Source of the DNA: Lama glama
Taxonomy: Eukaryota
DNA length: 64,000 bases
Assembly (NCBI GenBank): GCA_028534125.1
Contig: CM052816.1
Location: forward strand, 87,236,001 to 87,300,000
Direction of reading: 5' to 3'
Shown: positions 24,600 through 39,900 of the stretch, piece by piece
Numbering within the stretch: position 1 is the first letter of the stretch
Layout: every line of letters starts with the position of its first letter
Translations under genes and position numbers: made by a program
Notes under the pieces: model-generated
Told to the model about the DNA's origin: nothing
The model's database searches: none
Seen by the model: only the letters and a program-made list of their open reading frames with translations

Positions 24600-27500
24600 A
24601 AATCTGATAGAACCACTTGTGAAAAATCAGTCTTGTTTTATTTTAGAGAGGAGCTGTTTGACAGCTTTCTCAAGTCCTACCCCATGATAATTGGTTTGTT
24701 TACATTTTGTGTTCTCCTGGTAGTTTATATTTTCTGAGAATTTGAAGTCAACTTTCAAATTTATTTGAATAGAGTTGAGTAAAATATTGTCCTGTAATTA
24801 GTTTCCTCAATATGGTTGTGTGAGTAGTCCCTTGTTTGATTAGATTAGCTAGTGGTTTATCTATTTAATTGGTTTCTTTCAAAGTACCGACTATTGAATT
24901 TATTTATTAATGCTAGTGTTTGCATATTCTAATTGTAATATATATTTATACTTATTAATTATGTCTTTTTGTTTCCCATAGGCTTATTTTGCTCTTTTCC
25001 CAAATTCTTTATTCTTTAAGTTACATGAGTACTTGAGAATGAAAACTTTGAATTTTCGACCTTAACTGTTTCTTTAGGTTTAAAAAAATGTTTTTTAAAC
25101 AACTTCATTGAGCAATAATTTATGTACAATAAGCTGCAAACATTTAAGATACTATTGAGTGAACGACACCAAAATGTAAGCTGTGAAACTAACGTTACAA
25201 ATAATGTGCTGACCATTTTGTTCACCCAGAAACATTTCATCTATCTCTTTTCAGTGTATCATTCTCTTGTCCCAAGCCCCAGTCATCCAATAATCTGCCT
25301 TCTGGCATTATAATTGAATTCACTCCTCCCCAAATTTTATATAAATTAAATCATGGACTTTACATTCTTTTTCACTGACACCTCTCACTTGACATAATGA
25401 TTCTGAGTTCCATCCATGTTGCTGAACGTATCAGTGTTTTTTTTAATGCTGAATATTATGCCATTATATTTGTATTCATTCACCTGTTTATGAATATTAA
25501 GGTTGTTTCCAATTTGAGCTTTTACAAATAAGGCTACTATGACTTACTTGCACATGCCTTTTATGAATATACGCTTTTATTTTTCTTAGGTGGATGCTGA
25601 GAAGTGAAACGGCTGGGTATTATGATAGCTATGTTAATCTTTTTAAGAAGGTGCTAATTGCTTTTCAAACTGGTGTATTTTTTTTATATTCCTGCCAGTT
25701 CGTGTGATATCCAGTTTAGTGAGATATTCTCACCAAATTCGGTATTCTAAGTTCAAAAATTATCTACTTTTATGGATACATAAAACTGTCTCATTATGGT
25801 TTTCATTTATATTTCCTTAATAACTACATCAAATTTTTTCCATGTGATTACTTGCCATCTGAATATCTTTTATGGTAAAGTGTCTTTTCAATTTTGTGTC
25901 CTTTTTCTTATATGGGTTAACTTTATCTTGTTGAGCTACGAGAGTTCTTTATACATTCTAAAACAAAAGTTCTTTGTCAAATGCAACATTATAACTATTT
26001 TTCTGTATTATATTCTAATTTTACTCATATATCCCTTGAAGAACAAAGTTTTAATTTTGATGAAATTTAGTTCATCTTTTTTAATGACCCATATTTTTTA
26101 TATCCTATCTTTGAAATGCTCACTTATATCAAGACCCAAATATTCTCTCATATGCTTCCTACCAGAAATTTTATAATTTTAGTATTTATACTTAAGTCTA
26201 TGAATCAATTTGAGTTAATTTTTGTCTATTATGTGAGGGACTTTTTTTTCCATACAGATATTCAGTTGATCCTTCCCAATTTCATAAAAAAAACTTTTCT
26301 TTCTCACTGAATTGCCTTGGCATTTTTGTTGTAAATCAACTTACCATAAATATAGAGTACTTCTGTACTTTCAATTCTGTTCCTTTGAACCGTGTGTCTC
26401 TCCTTATTCTTACTTTTCATTCATCTGAGTATATCTTCATTTGCTTTCATGCTTAAATTATATTTTTGCTTTGTATAGAATTCTAAGTTGATTATTTTTT
26501 CTTTCAGCTATTAAAATTTTTGATTCATTGCCTTCTTTCCTTTCAAAATTCTGATGAGAAATCTGTGGTCATTCAAACTGTTACTCATCTCTATATTTTT
26601 TCCTACATATTCTCAGTTTCTCTTTATCTTTGTTTTTCAGCTATTTGATTCTGATATGTTTATATATTTCCCTAAATTTGAGATTTCAGCCATTCTATTT
26701 TTTCATTTATTGCCTCTTTCTCTTTCTTCTCCTTCTGCCATTCTAGTTCTCTGTATGTTAGACTTACCTTATGGTATTGCCCCACATGTGTCTGAAGGTT
26801 TGGATTTTTTTCTCCCAAGTTATCATTTTCTTCTTCAGATTGCATAATCTGTCTTCAACTGCACTGACTCAATCCTCTTCTACCCTCATTTTTCCTTTGC
26901 ACTACCCAGAATTTTTGTTATTAAGACAGTATTTCTCCAACAACTTTATAAATGTTTCTTTTCTATATTTTCTGCTTTTCTACTGGAGAAATTTTTTTTT
27001 CTTTTATCATAAATATGTGTTCCTCATTGGGCACAATTATAATGGCTTCTTTAAAATCCTTGTTTCAGAATTCTAGCATCTGAGTCATTGTGGAGCGAGT
27101 ACTCATCTACTGAGTGTCTGTTCCATTGAGAATGAGTTACACTGCCCTAGCTTTTCTTATTTTTAAGAAACTGGATTGCATTTTGGACATTGTTAATATG
27201 TATGGAAACAGTAGATTCTGTCATATCTCTTTGAAGAGCATTGATGTTTTTGTATAACTTGCTTAAACTTATATTTCAAACTATGGCATAACTGTGTTGG
27301 GCCAAAGCTTAGATCTCAGCTCATACAGCTTTCAGTCTACTTTGCCACTATGCGGTTAATGGGTCAGCCCATCTTAGGCATGGTTTTCAGGCAGTCTTTG
27401 GGTTCTCTTTCTCTGTGTCTCTCCTGTTTGATTTACCCTCATTCTTCAGTGGTTTTTGGAATTACCTCCTTAACTTTCTTCAGCAGAAAAGTTGGAGGCT

Positions 27501-27760
27501 TTCTATCAGAGTTTTAGAGACATTACACCACCACATATGTGGCTTCCCTTAAAATATATGTGCAAAAAAACAGGAAACTAACTTTGCGCTGGTCACCTTC
27601 CTCAAAATTTCAAAACCTGTTCAAAAATCTGCCTGCATGTCTTCACTTTCTACAGCTCTCAGGCAGTTGTTTCTTGTCATCAGAGCTTTCAGTTGGTATG
27701 TGTGATGCAATTAGTCTGCTGGGAGCCTGCTCCTTTATACAAGTAGTGGAATTTCTACAT
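24600..27760 (-). mobile_element. Composite antisense L1 block: older L1 5'/ORF1 (about 26420-27760) and early ORF2 (about 24600-25070), interrupted by the 3' end of another L1 (about 25090-26400)
   Basis: T-rich. Antisense ORF1 C-terminal signature tatagaattctaagttg...ctgatgagaaatctgtggtcatt; antisense 3'UTR starting aacaacttcattgagcaataattt; ccatccatgttgctg, ggttgtttccaattt and ttagctagtggtttatctattt motifs. Confidence 0.75.
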
Positions 27761-29616
27761 AGACAAAATGTTGACTATTTTTTCAAGATTGTTTACTGCA
27801 TAGATTGTAATTTTCGTTTTGATTTTCTTTTTGGTACTGGGGGAGAAAGCACCAAGTATCAGGTTATGTAATGGGAATCACAAATGTTAGAGACCTGACC
27901 CAGTATTAAATTTTACTAATAATTTTAAGGTACCGCCAAAGCAGGAAGAGACCAGAACGATCAATACCTTTCCCCAGGCCCTTTCTTACCCAGATTAACA
28001 TATGAGGTTTCTAAAGGATGAATGAGTTCACGTCACTTATAACGAAGATGCCATCTCAGTCATGAAACATTCCTATCATATAACCAGACAGTTATGTACT
28101 GTATGGGACACATTCCGAGGAGTAGGCACCAAGTTTGTTTACTATAAGCAATCCTAGACTAGATATATTGCTGAAAACAATATATAAATACTCTTCAAGA
28201 TATTTTTACTTGGTCCCCTAGGATTTATTCCATTAGCATGCTTTTTCTAAAAATAAGATTTAAAGATTCTTTTGATGGTAAGACACAACACACTGATACT
28301 AATAGTGTCAGCTTACAGCTCCAAGGAGAGAAGGTTGTCAGATGTGGCCATGTTTGCATCCAGTAAAAGGGTGACAACCAGCTGGAGCTGTAGGAGGCAG
28401 CTTATCTCTGGCAAGTGGAGTGGATTTAGCTAAGGGCTTCTGATGGCTTGGCTAACTTAAATAATTTCATGAGATCAAGGATATAGAGGTTGTCAGATTG
28501 TCTAGCAACCGGCCCCAAGGCAATTGGGAATTGCAAGCTGCTGTATAAAGATTAAGTTTCCACAAGGCATTAAAAATGGTTGAAGGGAATTCCAAAGGCA
28601 GACAGAGGGTCCAATTCACCATCACATTCATGATATTTGGAGGGTACCACCTTCTGGGTGTCGTGTACCAGTCTGATGCTGCTATGGCAGGTTGCAGTAA
28701 CTCTTAGCTGGAGAAAGTAAGCCAAAGATCACTCTCTGTGATTCCATCCCTTTTGCCTACCCCTGGCGTGGAGGAGATCTGGAATCTTTTCCGTGAACCA
28801 CTGCATGTGAAATTCAGAGAGCTGAACACAGTTCGGACATCTCTGATGTTACAGGGTTGTATTTAAGAGCAACAAACACGATCAAAAGAAAATTATACAT
28901 CATGTTAAAATACGAAAAATGCTTCAGTGAAAAACAAAAGGGGTAATGTAAAAGAAAAGATAAATTTCTAAGCAGACTTGTATATTTACTTTCAGGACAT
29001 TTTAAGTACAATGCTGGATATTGAAAAAGAAATTATAGCAGCTTTGCCTAATAGAGAAAAATATTTACAAATATGGCCACTTATTTGTGCATGAATTGTA
29101 TTTCCTTTAGCTCAATTACTGTTATATATCTCTAAGTGTCTGACTTGATGTGCAGAAATAAAATTATAAATATTTAGTTAAATTTAAATTAAGAAATCTA
29201 ATTACTACATATTAAATTGGATTCTTTATTATATAATTTTCAAGGCAGTGTGATATAGTAGAAGATAGGGACAAATATAATTATAACAGCATAGAATTTT
29301 GCTCTAAAATATTTTGCACCCAAAATAAAAAATATGTGTATCTCCACATTAAAATAAAAAACTACCTAAAACTAAGTATTTCCTTTGTTCCTCTTCTTAT
29401 ACTAGGATGCAAATAAAACCAGGCCACAGAATACAAAAAATAAAATGAGCAGTTCTACATGTACATGTCCATGCATTTTAAGTACTCTGTAATCTTAAAA
29501 ACAATATTAAGGGAAGGTAGCATTTGGTATCTGAAAATGTACGTACCATTCATCTGCATACTGTTTGACAGGATGCTATTCCACTGCTCTCAGAAATCAT
29601 TTCTATAAAAAGCCAG

Positions 29617-29983
29617 TGTCTTAGTCACCTTGGGCTGCTGCTATAGCAAAATACCAAAGACGGGGTTGCTTAAAAACGGTTGTTTATTTCTCACAGTTCT
29701 GGAGACAGGTAAGTCCAAGATCAAGGTGTGGGCCCGTTTCCTGTCTTGTAGACAGCCTCTGTCTCACTGTGTGCTCACGTGATCATCGTTCCGCACATGT
29801 GTATGGAAAAAGAGAGAGGTCTCCTGTCTCTTCCTTCTAGGGCCACTAATCCCATCAGGAAAACCCCATCCTCATGACCTCATTTAACCCAAATTACTTT
29901 CCAAAGGCCCATCTCCATATGACATCACACTGAAGCTCAGGCTTCAATATATGAATTTTGGGGGGACACAATCAGTCTTTAAT
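29617..29983 (-). mobile_element. MaLR solo LTR (MLT1A-like)
   Basis: tgtcttagtc...gctgctatagcaaaatacca...tttatttctcacagttctggag...gtccaagatcaaggtg...atatgaattttgggggggacaca. Confidence 0.85.
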
Positions 29984-30479
29984 GGTCTGTTATCATTTTA
30001 AATATGACACATTTCTTCTTCCTAAAGTTTACACTTCTATCTATGGATAACATTAAATTAGCAATCCTGGGCCTCACTTACCTTAGCATTTCTGGGCCTG
30101 CTAGGAAGTGTTGGAACATGTTTTTTTTTTTTTTTCTCCATGAGTCATTTTGCCTTTGGTTCATTCAGAGTAAGGTCAAATATTTGCCTGTGAGAAATAA
30201 AAATAAATAAGTAAAGCCTCTCACTGAATACTAAATATGATATTTCATTTATTTTATGTAGTCAGAATAAATAGTGGTAGCTTAAGGAACTAAAAATGCA
30301 AATAAATAAACTATGCAACAGTTTTCATTCTACAAGTAATCTAATAACTTTCTTAAACATAAAAAAGAAAGTAAAATTGCTATTATTCCATATGCCTGTG
30401 TGTCACAGATTTTCACTGACAGAAGAGAAATCTAAAACTTTAGGGACGTTAAGTTCTAGCCTAAAGGCACATAGCAAAT

Positions 30480-30820
30480 GTGTATTTGTAGGGTAACAAA
30501 TAGAACCAAATTTCTCAGTGGCTTAACATAGCAAATTTAATGTCACTTATGCAAAGTCTACTGCAGATCTGGATGAAACCCTTAGACAATTCTTCATCTA
30601 GCATTTGTTCATCTTATCCTTGCTCCTCCTCCACCATCTTGGCACCAGAGAGAGACAGGAGACTCAGGAGCTAAGTGGTTTATTCTCAAGTGACATTCAT
30701 TCTTTTCCTAGCTCATTCTCATATGGCCCTGCTCAACAGCAAGGCAACTGGGAATTTGAGCTCGCCATGCACTTAAAAGAAAGAAGTATCAAAAAGGATG
30801 TGAGCAAGCACTGGCTTATA
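30480..30820 (-). mobile_element. Old MaLR LTR (MLT1J/K/L-like)
   Basis: gtaacaaatagaaccaaatttctcagtggcttaacatagcaaattt is an antisense MLT1 start. Confidence 0.5.
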
Positions 30821-32278
30821 CACATCAAAGTATATAAAGTTATACTTAAATACATGAGTAGGGTGAGCTAAAACCTAATTTGAATCCAACTCTGCTAACT
30901 CTAGAGCTTACTAAATTAAAATGCCATGCCTCAGAGTATAAAAGAAGTTTTAGAAGCCAAAATTTTCATTCACACTCAACTCAATTTGCCAAAATAGATC
31001 AAAGACTCAACTCTAAAGCACAAGTGTATTTATATTGAAGACTAACCTTGGAACTTTTAATTATTTAGAAATTATTTCTAGTTAATTCTGACAAACAAGT
31101 CTGTTAAACTGAATTATCATCCATCTCTGCTGTTCTCTTGTTTACTATCCAGGTTATCACTCTTGATGTGTTCCTGACATTTAATGAACATCTTCCAAAA
31201 GAATGTTCCATATTTTGTTTTCTTAGAAGAATTTAAGTTTAGTTGAGAATATGTCAATTGCATATTCATATTATAATGTTGCATTTAATTTTTCCCTAAG
31301 ACTGTGGATAGCAAGTTGAAATAGTATCTTCTCATGACATATTATTTCAAGAGAAAAGCAGTCATCATTGTAGGAAAAGTTTTTATTATAGCACTTATCC
31401 TCTGAAAACAGCAACAGTGACGCCAAATGACAGTAGCAGTAGTCTGCGTACCTAGGGAACAAACAGCCCTTGTGTTGTGTGTAAGAGTTGAAATCCTAAC
31501 TAAACTGATAAAATGCAAATTATGTCATGTTTTATTATTTAGATTTTCCTACAAAAATAGAAACTTAGTATATTAACTTGGAATTTAATTTTTAATTCAC
31601 GTATTATCACATTTATTTTATCATCACACATTTATTCCTACACATGTCAGATCATTTTTAATGAAGATTTTAAATGCAGAAAAGAAATTATAACCAACTC
31701 AATGACTAAAGTTTTAAAAATAATACACTTCCCTTTTTAAATTCTGTCAAAATCAAACATCCAATTCATTTATTTTTCAAGTGAAGAATTAAATATTTAA
31801 TCTTGTTGTAAACCGACACTATTCACTTTTGCCTTACATCTGAAACTGATAGTTTTAAACGACTACACGGTTACACTTTAGCTTTCATTGCCAAAAGCCA
31901 TCAGTAATGTGGTGCTTAAATGCATTCTAGTTGAATGTCTTTCATTGTCTGAATTCTCTTACTCTCCACTACCAGATCTTTTCCTTCATGAATTACTGTG
32001 TCTGTTGCTATCACTGTTAGATATTTATTTGAAAGGACATCTGAGAGGCTCAGTGAAAAGGAGAATATAATTCCTTTGTCAGCAGCCAGTTCTGTTCCAG
32101 GGGCTTCAGAATCAAACTGGCTGTCACCTCATTATTTGGAAGACATGGTATTTCACAGACTAAAGTCAGAGGGGCTGGACTAAAATAAATTATATGGCTG
32201 TTTTTGTTCTCCAAAAGTTAAAGAATCAATAAAATTATGGCATGATTTATTTTAAGTCCTAGTTTATCTAACTTGATC

Positions 32279-32279
32279 G

Positions 32280-32318
<39 letters not shown>

Positions 32319-32354
32319 ATCTATCTCTCTATCTATCTCTCTATCATCTATCTC
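32279..32354. repeat. (TCTA)n / (GATA)n tetranucleotide microsatellite
   Basis: Direct reading; about 9 perfect units followed by degenerate ones. Confidence 0.95.
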
Positions 32355-32579
32355 AGATTCTCTCACTACCTACTTCCCAACGTTTTTCTTTATTTGAAAA
32401 TCCATTTTATTGTGTCATAAAACTCTGTTTTTCTTCTGTCTGGACTAACTGAAAAAGACCAACCTCAAAAAAAAAAAAAAGTCTGGCAAAGACTGACAAG
32501 ACTCTTTAATTCTCACCACTTATCTTTATTAATTCTTTGCCACCAGAGGGGACCACAATCCATTGGTCTTATGGCATCT

Positions 32580-33480
32580 TTACTGTGCCTCTCTCCCTTC
32601 CCCTACTCACTTCTCTCCATTCTAAACTTAACCTCCATGGTCAACAATCATAATCTCCCCTTTCTCTAAACTTCTTTGCTCTTATCTTGCTTCCCTGTTG
32701 TTGTTGTTTCCTAATCTTTGCCCTGGCTATATCCAACTCTCCACCTACTAAGAGCCTGGCCTACACAGATACACCTGGCCTGCGCGTGACCTTTGCATCA
32801 CACTGACGATCCTCTCTTATCACTCATTGCGAGAAAGCCCTTACACTGGTCCACAATGGTGTGATAACTGCTTATCCTTGTCAATGTACCTTTTCATTCT
32901 CTTACACCAACAGCTCATACATTATCCTTTGTCCTCAAGCCTCCTCATTTTCAGATTTGATCTTGCCCCTTATTTCCTTAAAAAAAAAAAATGAAACAGC
33001 CAGATTTTTCACAAACTTTATCCACCATATGAAACTTGTTAATTAGGATTCCTGCATCTGTGTCTGTATATGTTTCCTTTTCTCTGATTATTTTGAATGA
33101 ATCAGTCATATTTAAATTTAAAAAGACCCTTGAAATACATGTGAACATAATAGTTAAATACAATTATATATGGAGTGGTTTGAATAATACAACTAAATAT
33201 GTACATATCTAAATATACAGTTGATCCCATATCTTTCTGCTGCAGAGATTCTCCGTGACTCTCCTCATCATTGGTACCCTCTCTACTTGAACTTTTCCTT
33301 TGGAATATTATTTTTTTTAATCTAAACAAAATAAAACAAAGCAAAAAAGCCACTCTCCTAACACCTCTTTTTCACCTTTCTGTTATCACTTTCAACACTA
33401 TTTTTCACTTTATAGCTTTGCTTAATGAAGGCATTACAGTCATTTTAATAACATCGCTAAGATGCATAAAATTTTCAGTC
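32580..33480 (+). mobile_element. L2 LINE ORF2 fragments
   Basis: C/T-rich L2-like segments (ttaacctccatggtcaac...ccctggctatatccaactctccacctact; gatcccatatctttctgc). Confidence 0.45.
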
Positions 33481-34930
33481 TGTTAACACTAGATTCACTT
33501 ACTTTAATTCAACATCACCCAGCAAATACAATTTTTGGTAGATACTTTTTAAAATAAATACAGTTTTAATATTTTAACCAATACATTCAATATAATAAAT
33601 ATTACATTCTTCAAATATGTGTAATTTTTAGTCATTCTATATGTGGAGTCATTCTATATGTATGAAGTAAGAAAATTAAACCTTATAACATTTTTCAAGT
33701 TGGGTAATGCAGCACTCAAAATACCTTACCTGATTTTATTTTATTTAGACTTACTGGTTAAAAACATTGATTAAGTGTAATTTACCTAAAACGATTTTAT
33801 TTAAAATAATGACTGTGTTGGCCTTAAGAGTTGAGAAAGAAACTAATGCACAGGAATCCAATTAAGTCCTGTGCACCATGGCAGTAATTTTTCTACATTC
33901 CACAAATATGCCTTTGTGGTATATCTGAACAGTAGCTGTGGCTATGAATTGTTCTTAGAGTCCTGAGATCTGCATCCATATTCAGTATATGTTTCACTGT
34001 AGACTGGGGAACAGTGAAGTACAGTAGGCGGGCATGAGTACTCAATAGGAAGTACTGAGAAACACATGTTGCCAACCAACTCCTACACAAAGGCTCTTGA
34101 AACATACCCCAATAGAAAGCCAATAAAACAATAAAATTTTTGTCTGTGTGGTTTTGCTTTGCTTGTAAAGATTTGAATATATTTCTTTAAAAGTTAACAT
34201 AGTTTGTGAAAACATTAAAATAGTAGGTATTTTTGAATAATTATTTCCCTACTATTTTAATTAATAATACATGGAACATAGGGCATATTTTAAACTTATC
34301 AATTTATAGTTTAGAACTATAAGACATATTATTACTGGGAAATATTTTTTGGTTTCATTAAATTAAAAAGGCTTACTTTAATATACCATATGGTCTAACA
34401 AAGAAAATTGCCAAAAGACATATCCTTTTGAGAAGTTATTCTTTTACTATATACTAAAAATATCCTGAAAATAAATAGCAACTCCCTAAATATCTATAGA
34501 ATGATTTTCAAACTACATATTTTTCTCAATCATTACCTTACAAAGAGTTGCATAGAAAGTGATTTGTCTTGTGGTTTAGGACTTCACTTTATCAGTCAAG
34601 TTAAAGTAACCTATGTCTAAAGTTAGTCAAATAGTATACTTACGTTAAAAAAAAACAAAGTAGTGAGATGTTATAAATGCTTTATTATGCTTCATGATTT
34701 AAAATAGTATTTATGCTTACTATATCAAAGCATTAATTTCCAAGATACAGGCTAGAAAGTTTATTCAAATATATTGGCTTCTCAATTAGGACTGATTAAT
34801 CCTGGGTTCTAAACCCATATTTGATGTCCATTAGATTGGCAACATTTAGCAAATTTTAAAAGTTATATTGCTAGTTGTAGAATAACAATCTCACTTTCTT
34901 CATCTATTAAATAAATATATTAGACAAGAT

Positions 34931-35151
34931 CAGAGCTTTATAAACAACAGCCTATGGGGCAAATCCAGCCACCTCTAGTTTTGAGAAAAAAGTTTTATTG
35001 GAGCCAGCCTCATTCATTCTTTTACATATTGTTTATGGGTGTGTTCACATTACAACTGCAGAGTTGGATGCTTGTGACAGAAATCACTAGGCTCATAAAA
35101 TTTAAATATTTAGCATCTTGATCTTTACAGAAAAAGTTTGCCAATATCTTG
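34931..35151 (+). mobile_element. MER58A (hAT-Charlie)
   Basis: caaatccagcc...aaagttttattggagccagcc...tacaactgcagagttg...tttacagaaaaagtttgccaa; about 220 bp, full length. Confidence 0.85.
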
Positions 35152-36009
35152 ACTAACTGATCTTTTAAGTCTCTCCCAGCTATAAATGCTATATAATGTT
35201 AAATGCTATATAACCTGATAAGATACACAAGTTGGAAAAGAAAACATGTTACATTTCCTAATAATTCATTCATTAATTCTATTCATCACACAGATCATAG
35301 AAACATATTTTCCAAATACTTAAAACCACTACTTAAAATATTGTAATTGTGTCTGTGAATGCACATAGTATTTTTCAATTTTATTTAATAACAAAAAGAT
35401 AGTTAAGTAACCAAATAAATTCAAAATAATTATAGAAGATGATTCATAAGATGGCTGCCACAATTAGAGACTTAGAGGGAAGAAAGTACATTTTCTTGGA
35501 GAGTATCGATGTAGTTTAATAAGATGTGCACAGTAATTCTATTTGTATTTATCTGGATCTAACTCAAGATTGGGTGTTCACATATTAAACTATATATAAG
35601 CAGCAGAACTTTTCCATGATATTACTGCATATTAGCCAATGAAATCTATTTACAAGTTTAACATTGTTTATTCCAATACAAAAGATGCATTATTGGGCAG
35701 TTATAAAAGTGAGATGTGCTCTATAAATAATTTGCTGTAGAAAAATTGTAATTGTAATAAAATTGAAGTTATGGACAATAGTAAGTCTATAATTAGAATT
35801 TCAGTTTTTAAAAACAATAGGATAGTATTAAAAAACAAGATAGTAATACCCTAAGACCAAAATGGAGAACAGGCATAATCTTATACATATACCTGACAGT
35901 AAAACTACTTCTATTTGTCTTTAGCTAACTTAGCAAACAGTAGTAAAATATCTAACATGTGTCAGGTGTCTGTACATTCAAGTTAGTCTTTCAATTGCTT
36001 TGATCAATT

Positions 36010-36392
36010 GTATTATTTTTCAGCAAATAATCACTCTGCCAACCACCATACCCGCCCCACTAATGCTGGGCTTGATCAAGTGTCAGGCTTGCTTTGGCTA
36101 ACAGAATATGAACAGATGTGATGTATCTTCTGTTTGAACAGAGGCTTTACATGTGTGAATGTTTGACTTAACCTCTTACATTTCTCTGCTTTCAACAATA
36201 GAAGAATGATGATGTCCTACACCCTCTGCTTATTTACCTGTGCTCCAGGAATGAAAGATATATGGAGCACAAGTGAATCTAACCTTCAGGCTAGAGTGAA
36301 GTCACCAAAGATAGCTCTCAGACTTGTAGACAAAAATAAAAGTTGCTATATTGCTTGTTACGCAGTATATTAATTCAAAAGCTGACTAATAG
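36010..36392 (+). mobile_element. MaLR LTR (MLT1I-like)
   Basis: cttgctttggctaacagaatatgaacagatgtga...ttgttacgcag...aaaagctgactaata. Confidence 0.65.
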
Positions 36393-36983
36393 AACAGCCA
36401 TAGAAAAACTCTGACTCTACTCCTATTTCTACAGGAAAAGTTCCAGTAACACATACAGTGTTTGGAAGGTTTCACAGTATGTAGAAATGGTAAAGTAATC
36501 ATTATATTATAAAGCAACATTTTATTATATTCCTGGAGGTTTAAACTGTTTCATTGATTCACACAGTGAGTAATAATTCAAGGTGTGAAAATGCATCATT
36601 CAGTTTTTATACTACAAGCTATAATTTTTAATTCTATGCTTGGATATCCATTCATTTTCAAAATAAATGTGTAGGTACCAACTTCAGTTTTAGTTCAGAC
36701 TATAAGTTTTACAACACTCTTATGATCTAGAAGTCTATTTATCTATTTTTATATGCTTACCATGTTTTCAAAGGCAATATTCTAAAACCAAAATAATAAT
36801 ATCTTTCTTCAACTTGATAATGCCTTATCACTATTCATATAATTATTACTTTCAAAGTAACCACTTGGAATATATATTAATAATATATTTTCTTATACAA
36901 TATGCTATGCAACTTACTTGGTTATAAAATATTTTTATATTATTATGTTATTCTTCATACCCACTAAGAGTGCTTAGTCCTAT

Positions 36984-39900
36984 GTGACTGAATGAATAAC
37001 AACATAAGACCTAATTATTGCTGCCTATAAGAGATTCACTCCAGCTTTAAGGGTACACATAGGCTCAAAGTGAATGGATTAAAAAATATTCTACACAAAT
37101 AGAATTCAAAAGGGAGCAAGGGTAGCTGTACTGATATCAGACAAAATAGATTTTAAGCTAGAAAATGTAACAAGACACAAAGAAGGTCATTATACAATGA
37201 TAAGTGTGTTAATTCATCAAGAGGAAATAACAATTGTAAGTAAATATACATCCAACATTGGAGAACAAAATATATTAAGCTAATACTAAAAGATCTGAAG
37301 AGAGAAATAGACAACAATACAATAATAGTAAGGTGTATAAATACTTCACTTTTAATGAGATAGATTATCTAGACAGAAATTAATTTTTAAAATTGGTCTT
37401 GAACAGTACTTTAGACCAAATGGACCTAACAGATATATGCAGAAAACTCCATCAGATAGCAGCAAAATACATATTCTTATCAAATGCACATGGAACATTC
37501 TGTAAGATAGGTTGTATGTTAGATCACAAAACAAGTCTTAGCAAATTTTAAAAATAAAGAAATCATACAAGGTATCTTTTCTGACCACAGGATATGAAAC
37601 TAGAAATCAATAACAGGAGGAAAACTAGAAAACTCACAAATACATGGAAATTAAGCAACACACTCCTGAACAACCAATGGGTCAAAGAAAAAAAAAAGGA
37701 ATATCAAAAAAGATCTTGAACCAAATGAAAATGGAAACACAACATACAAAAATTAATGGGAAGCAGCAAAAGCAGTTATAAGAGGAAAGTTTATAGCAAT
37801 AAATGCCTACAGTAAGAAGATAGAAAAATAACAAATAAACTACCTAACTTTATATATCAAGTTACTAGAAAAAAAGAACAAAGTCTGAGGTTAGCAGAAC
37901 AAAGGAAATAATAAAGTTCAGAGTGGAAAAAAATGAAGTAGAAGCTAAAAAGACAATAGAAAAAAATTAGTAAAACCAAAAACTGTGTTTTTTTGAAAAG
38001 ATAAATAAAATAGATAAGCCTTTAGCTAGACTTACCAAGAAAAAAAAAGACTTAAATAATAACAAGAAATTATGATTGAAAGAGGATACATTCCAACTGA
38101 ATTCACAGAAATACAAAGAATGAAGAGACTACTATGAATAATTATACACCAAAAAACTGGACAACCTAGAAGAAATGGACAAATTACCAGAAATCATACA
38201 ACCAATCAAGACTGAATCATGAAGAAATAGAAAAATCTTAACTGACCAATTACTAGTAAGGAGATTGAATCAATAATCAAAAACCTCCCAACACATAAAA
38301 CCCCAGGACCAGACGACTTTACGGGTGAATTCTACCAAACATTTAAGAAGAATTAATGTGAATCTTTTTCAAACTCTTCCAAAAATTTGAAAAGAAGGAA
38401 ACACTCCCAAATTGAGACCAGCATTACCCTCATAACATAAGCCAGAAAAGGACACTACAAGAAAAGAAAATTACAGCCCCAAATCCCTGATGAACACAGA
38501 TGTAAAAATTCTCTACAAAATACCAGCAAACTATATTTAACAGCACATTAAAAGGATCATAGATTGTGATCAAGTAGGCTTTATCCCTGGGTTAAAAGGA
38601 AATTTCACCATCAGTAATCAATAAATGTGACACCACTTTAACACAATGAAGCACAAAAACCACGTGACCATCTCAATAGATGTTTAAAAATCATTTGATA
38701 AAATTCAACATCCTCAAATAATAAAAACTCACAACGAAGTGGGTATAGAAAGAATGTACCTAAACATAAGAAAGGCCATTTAAGACAAATCCATAGCTAA
38801 CATCAGACTCAATTGGTGAAAGGCTGAAAGATTTTCCTCTAAGACCCAGGATAAGACAAGGGTACATTTGATCATCAGTTCTTTTCAACATAGTACTGTA
38901 GGTACCTATAGGAGTAATTAGGCAAGGAAAATAAATGAAGGATATCCAAATCAGAAAGGAACAAGTGAAACTGTCTCTGCAGATGCCATGATCTTACATG
39001 TATAGAAAAGCCTAACGAGTCCACCAACAAAGCCTGTTAGAACTAATAAATGAATTTAGTAAAGTCTCAGGATACAAAATCAACGTGCAAAAATCTGCTG
39101 TATTTCTATATGCTAACAATGAAATATTTGGAAAACAAATAAAAAAAGCAAATCCCATCTACAATAACACCAAAAACAATAAACTTCTTAGCAATAAATT
39201 TAATGAAGGAAGTGAAAGATCTCTACACTGAAAACTATTAATACACTCATAAAAGAAATAGGACAAGATGCAAATAAATGGAAAGATATTCCATGTTTGT
39301 AGAGCAGAAGAATTAACTTGTTACAATATTCACACCACCCAAAGTCTTGTATAGATTCAATGCCAACCCTATCAAAATTCCAATGGTATTTTTATTTTTC
39401 ATGGAAAAAAAATCTTAAAATTCATATGAAATCACAAAAGACCCTGAATAACCAAAGCAATCTTGAGAAAGAACAAAGATGGAGGCATAATACTTCTGAT
39501 TTCAGACTACATTACTAATCTATTACAATAAAACAGTATGGATTGGCATAAAAACAGACACATAGATCAATGGAACAGAGTAGAGAACCCAGAAATAAAC
39601 CCATACACATATGGTCAACTAACATCTGACAAAGGAGCCAAGAATACTCAATAGGGAAAGTAAATGGTGTTGGGAAAATTGTATTTCACATGCAAAAGAA
39701 TGAATTTAGACCCCTATCTTACACACTCAAAAAAGTTGACTCAAAATGGATTAAGGACTTAATTGTAAGGTCTGAAACTGTAAAACTCCTAAAAGAAAAC
39801 ATAGGGAAAAAGATCCTAGACATTTGTCTTGGCAATGATTTTCTGAATATGACATCAATGCCCAGGCAACAAAAGCAAAAATCAACAAGTGAGACAAGAT

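Noticed and set aside
25796..27871. Several hydrophobic 64-126 aa plus-strand ORFs resembling membrane proteins
   Set aside because: They are antisense translations of T-rich L1 sequence.
28270..28560. Possible additional old LTR
   Set aside because: LTR-like in composition, but I could not fix its termini or family.
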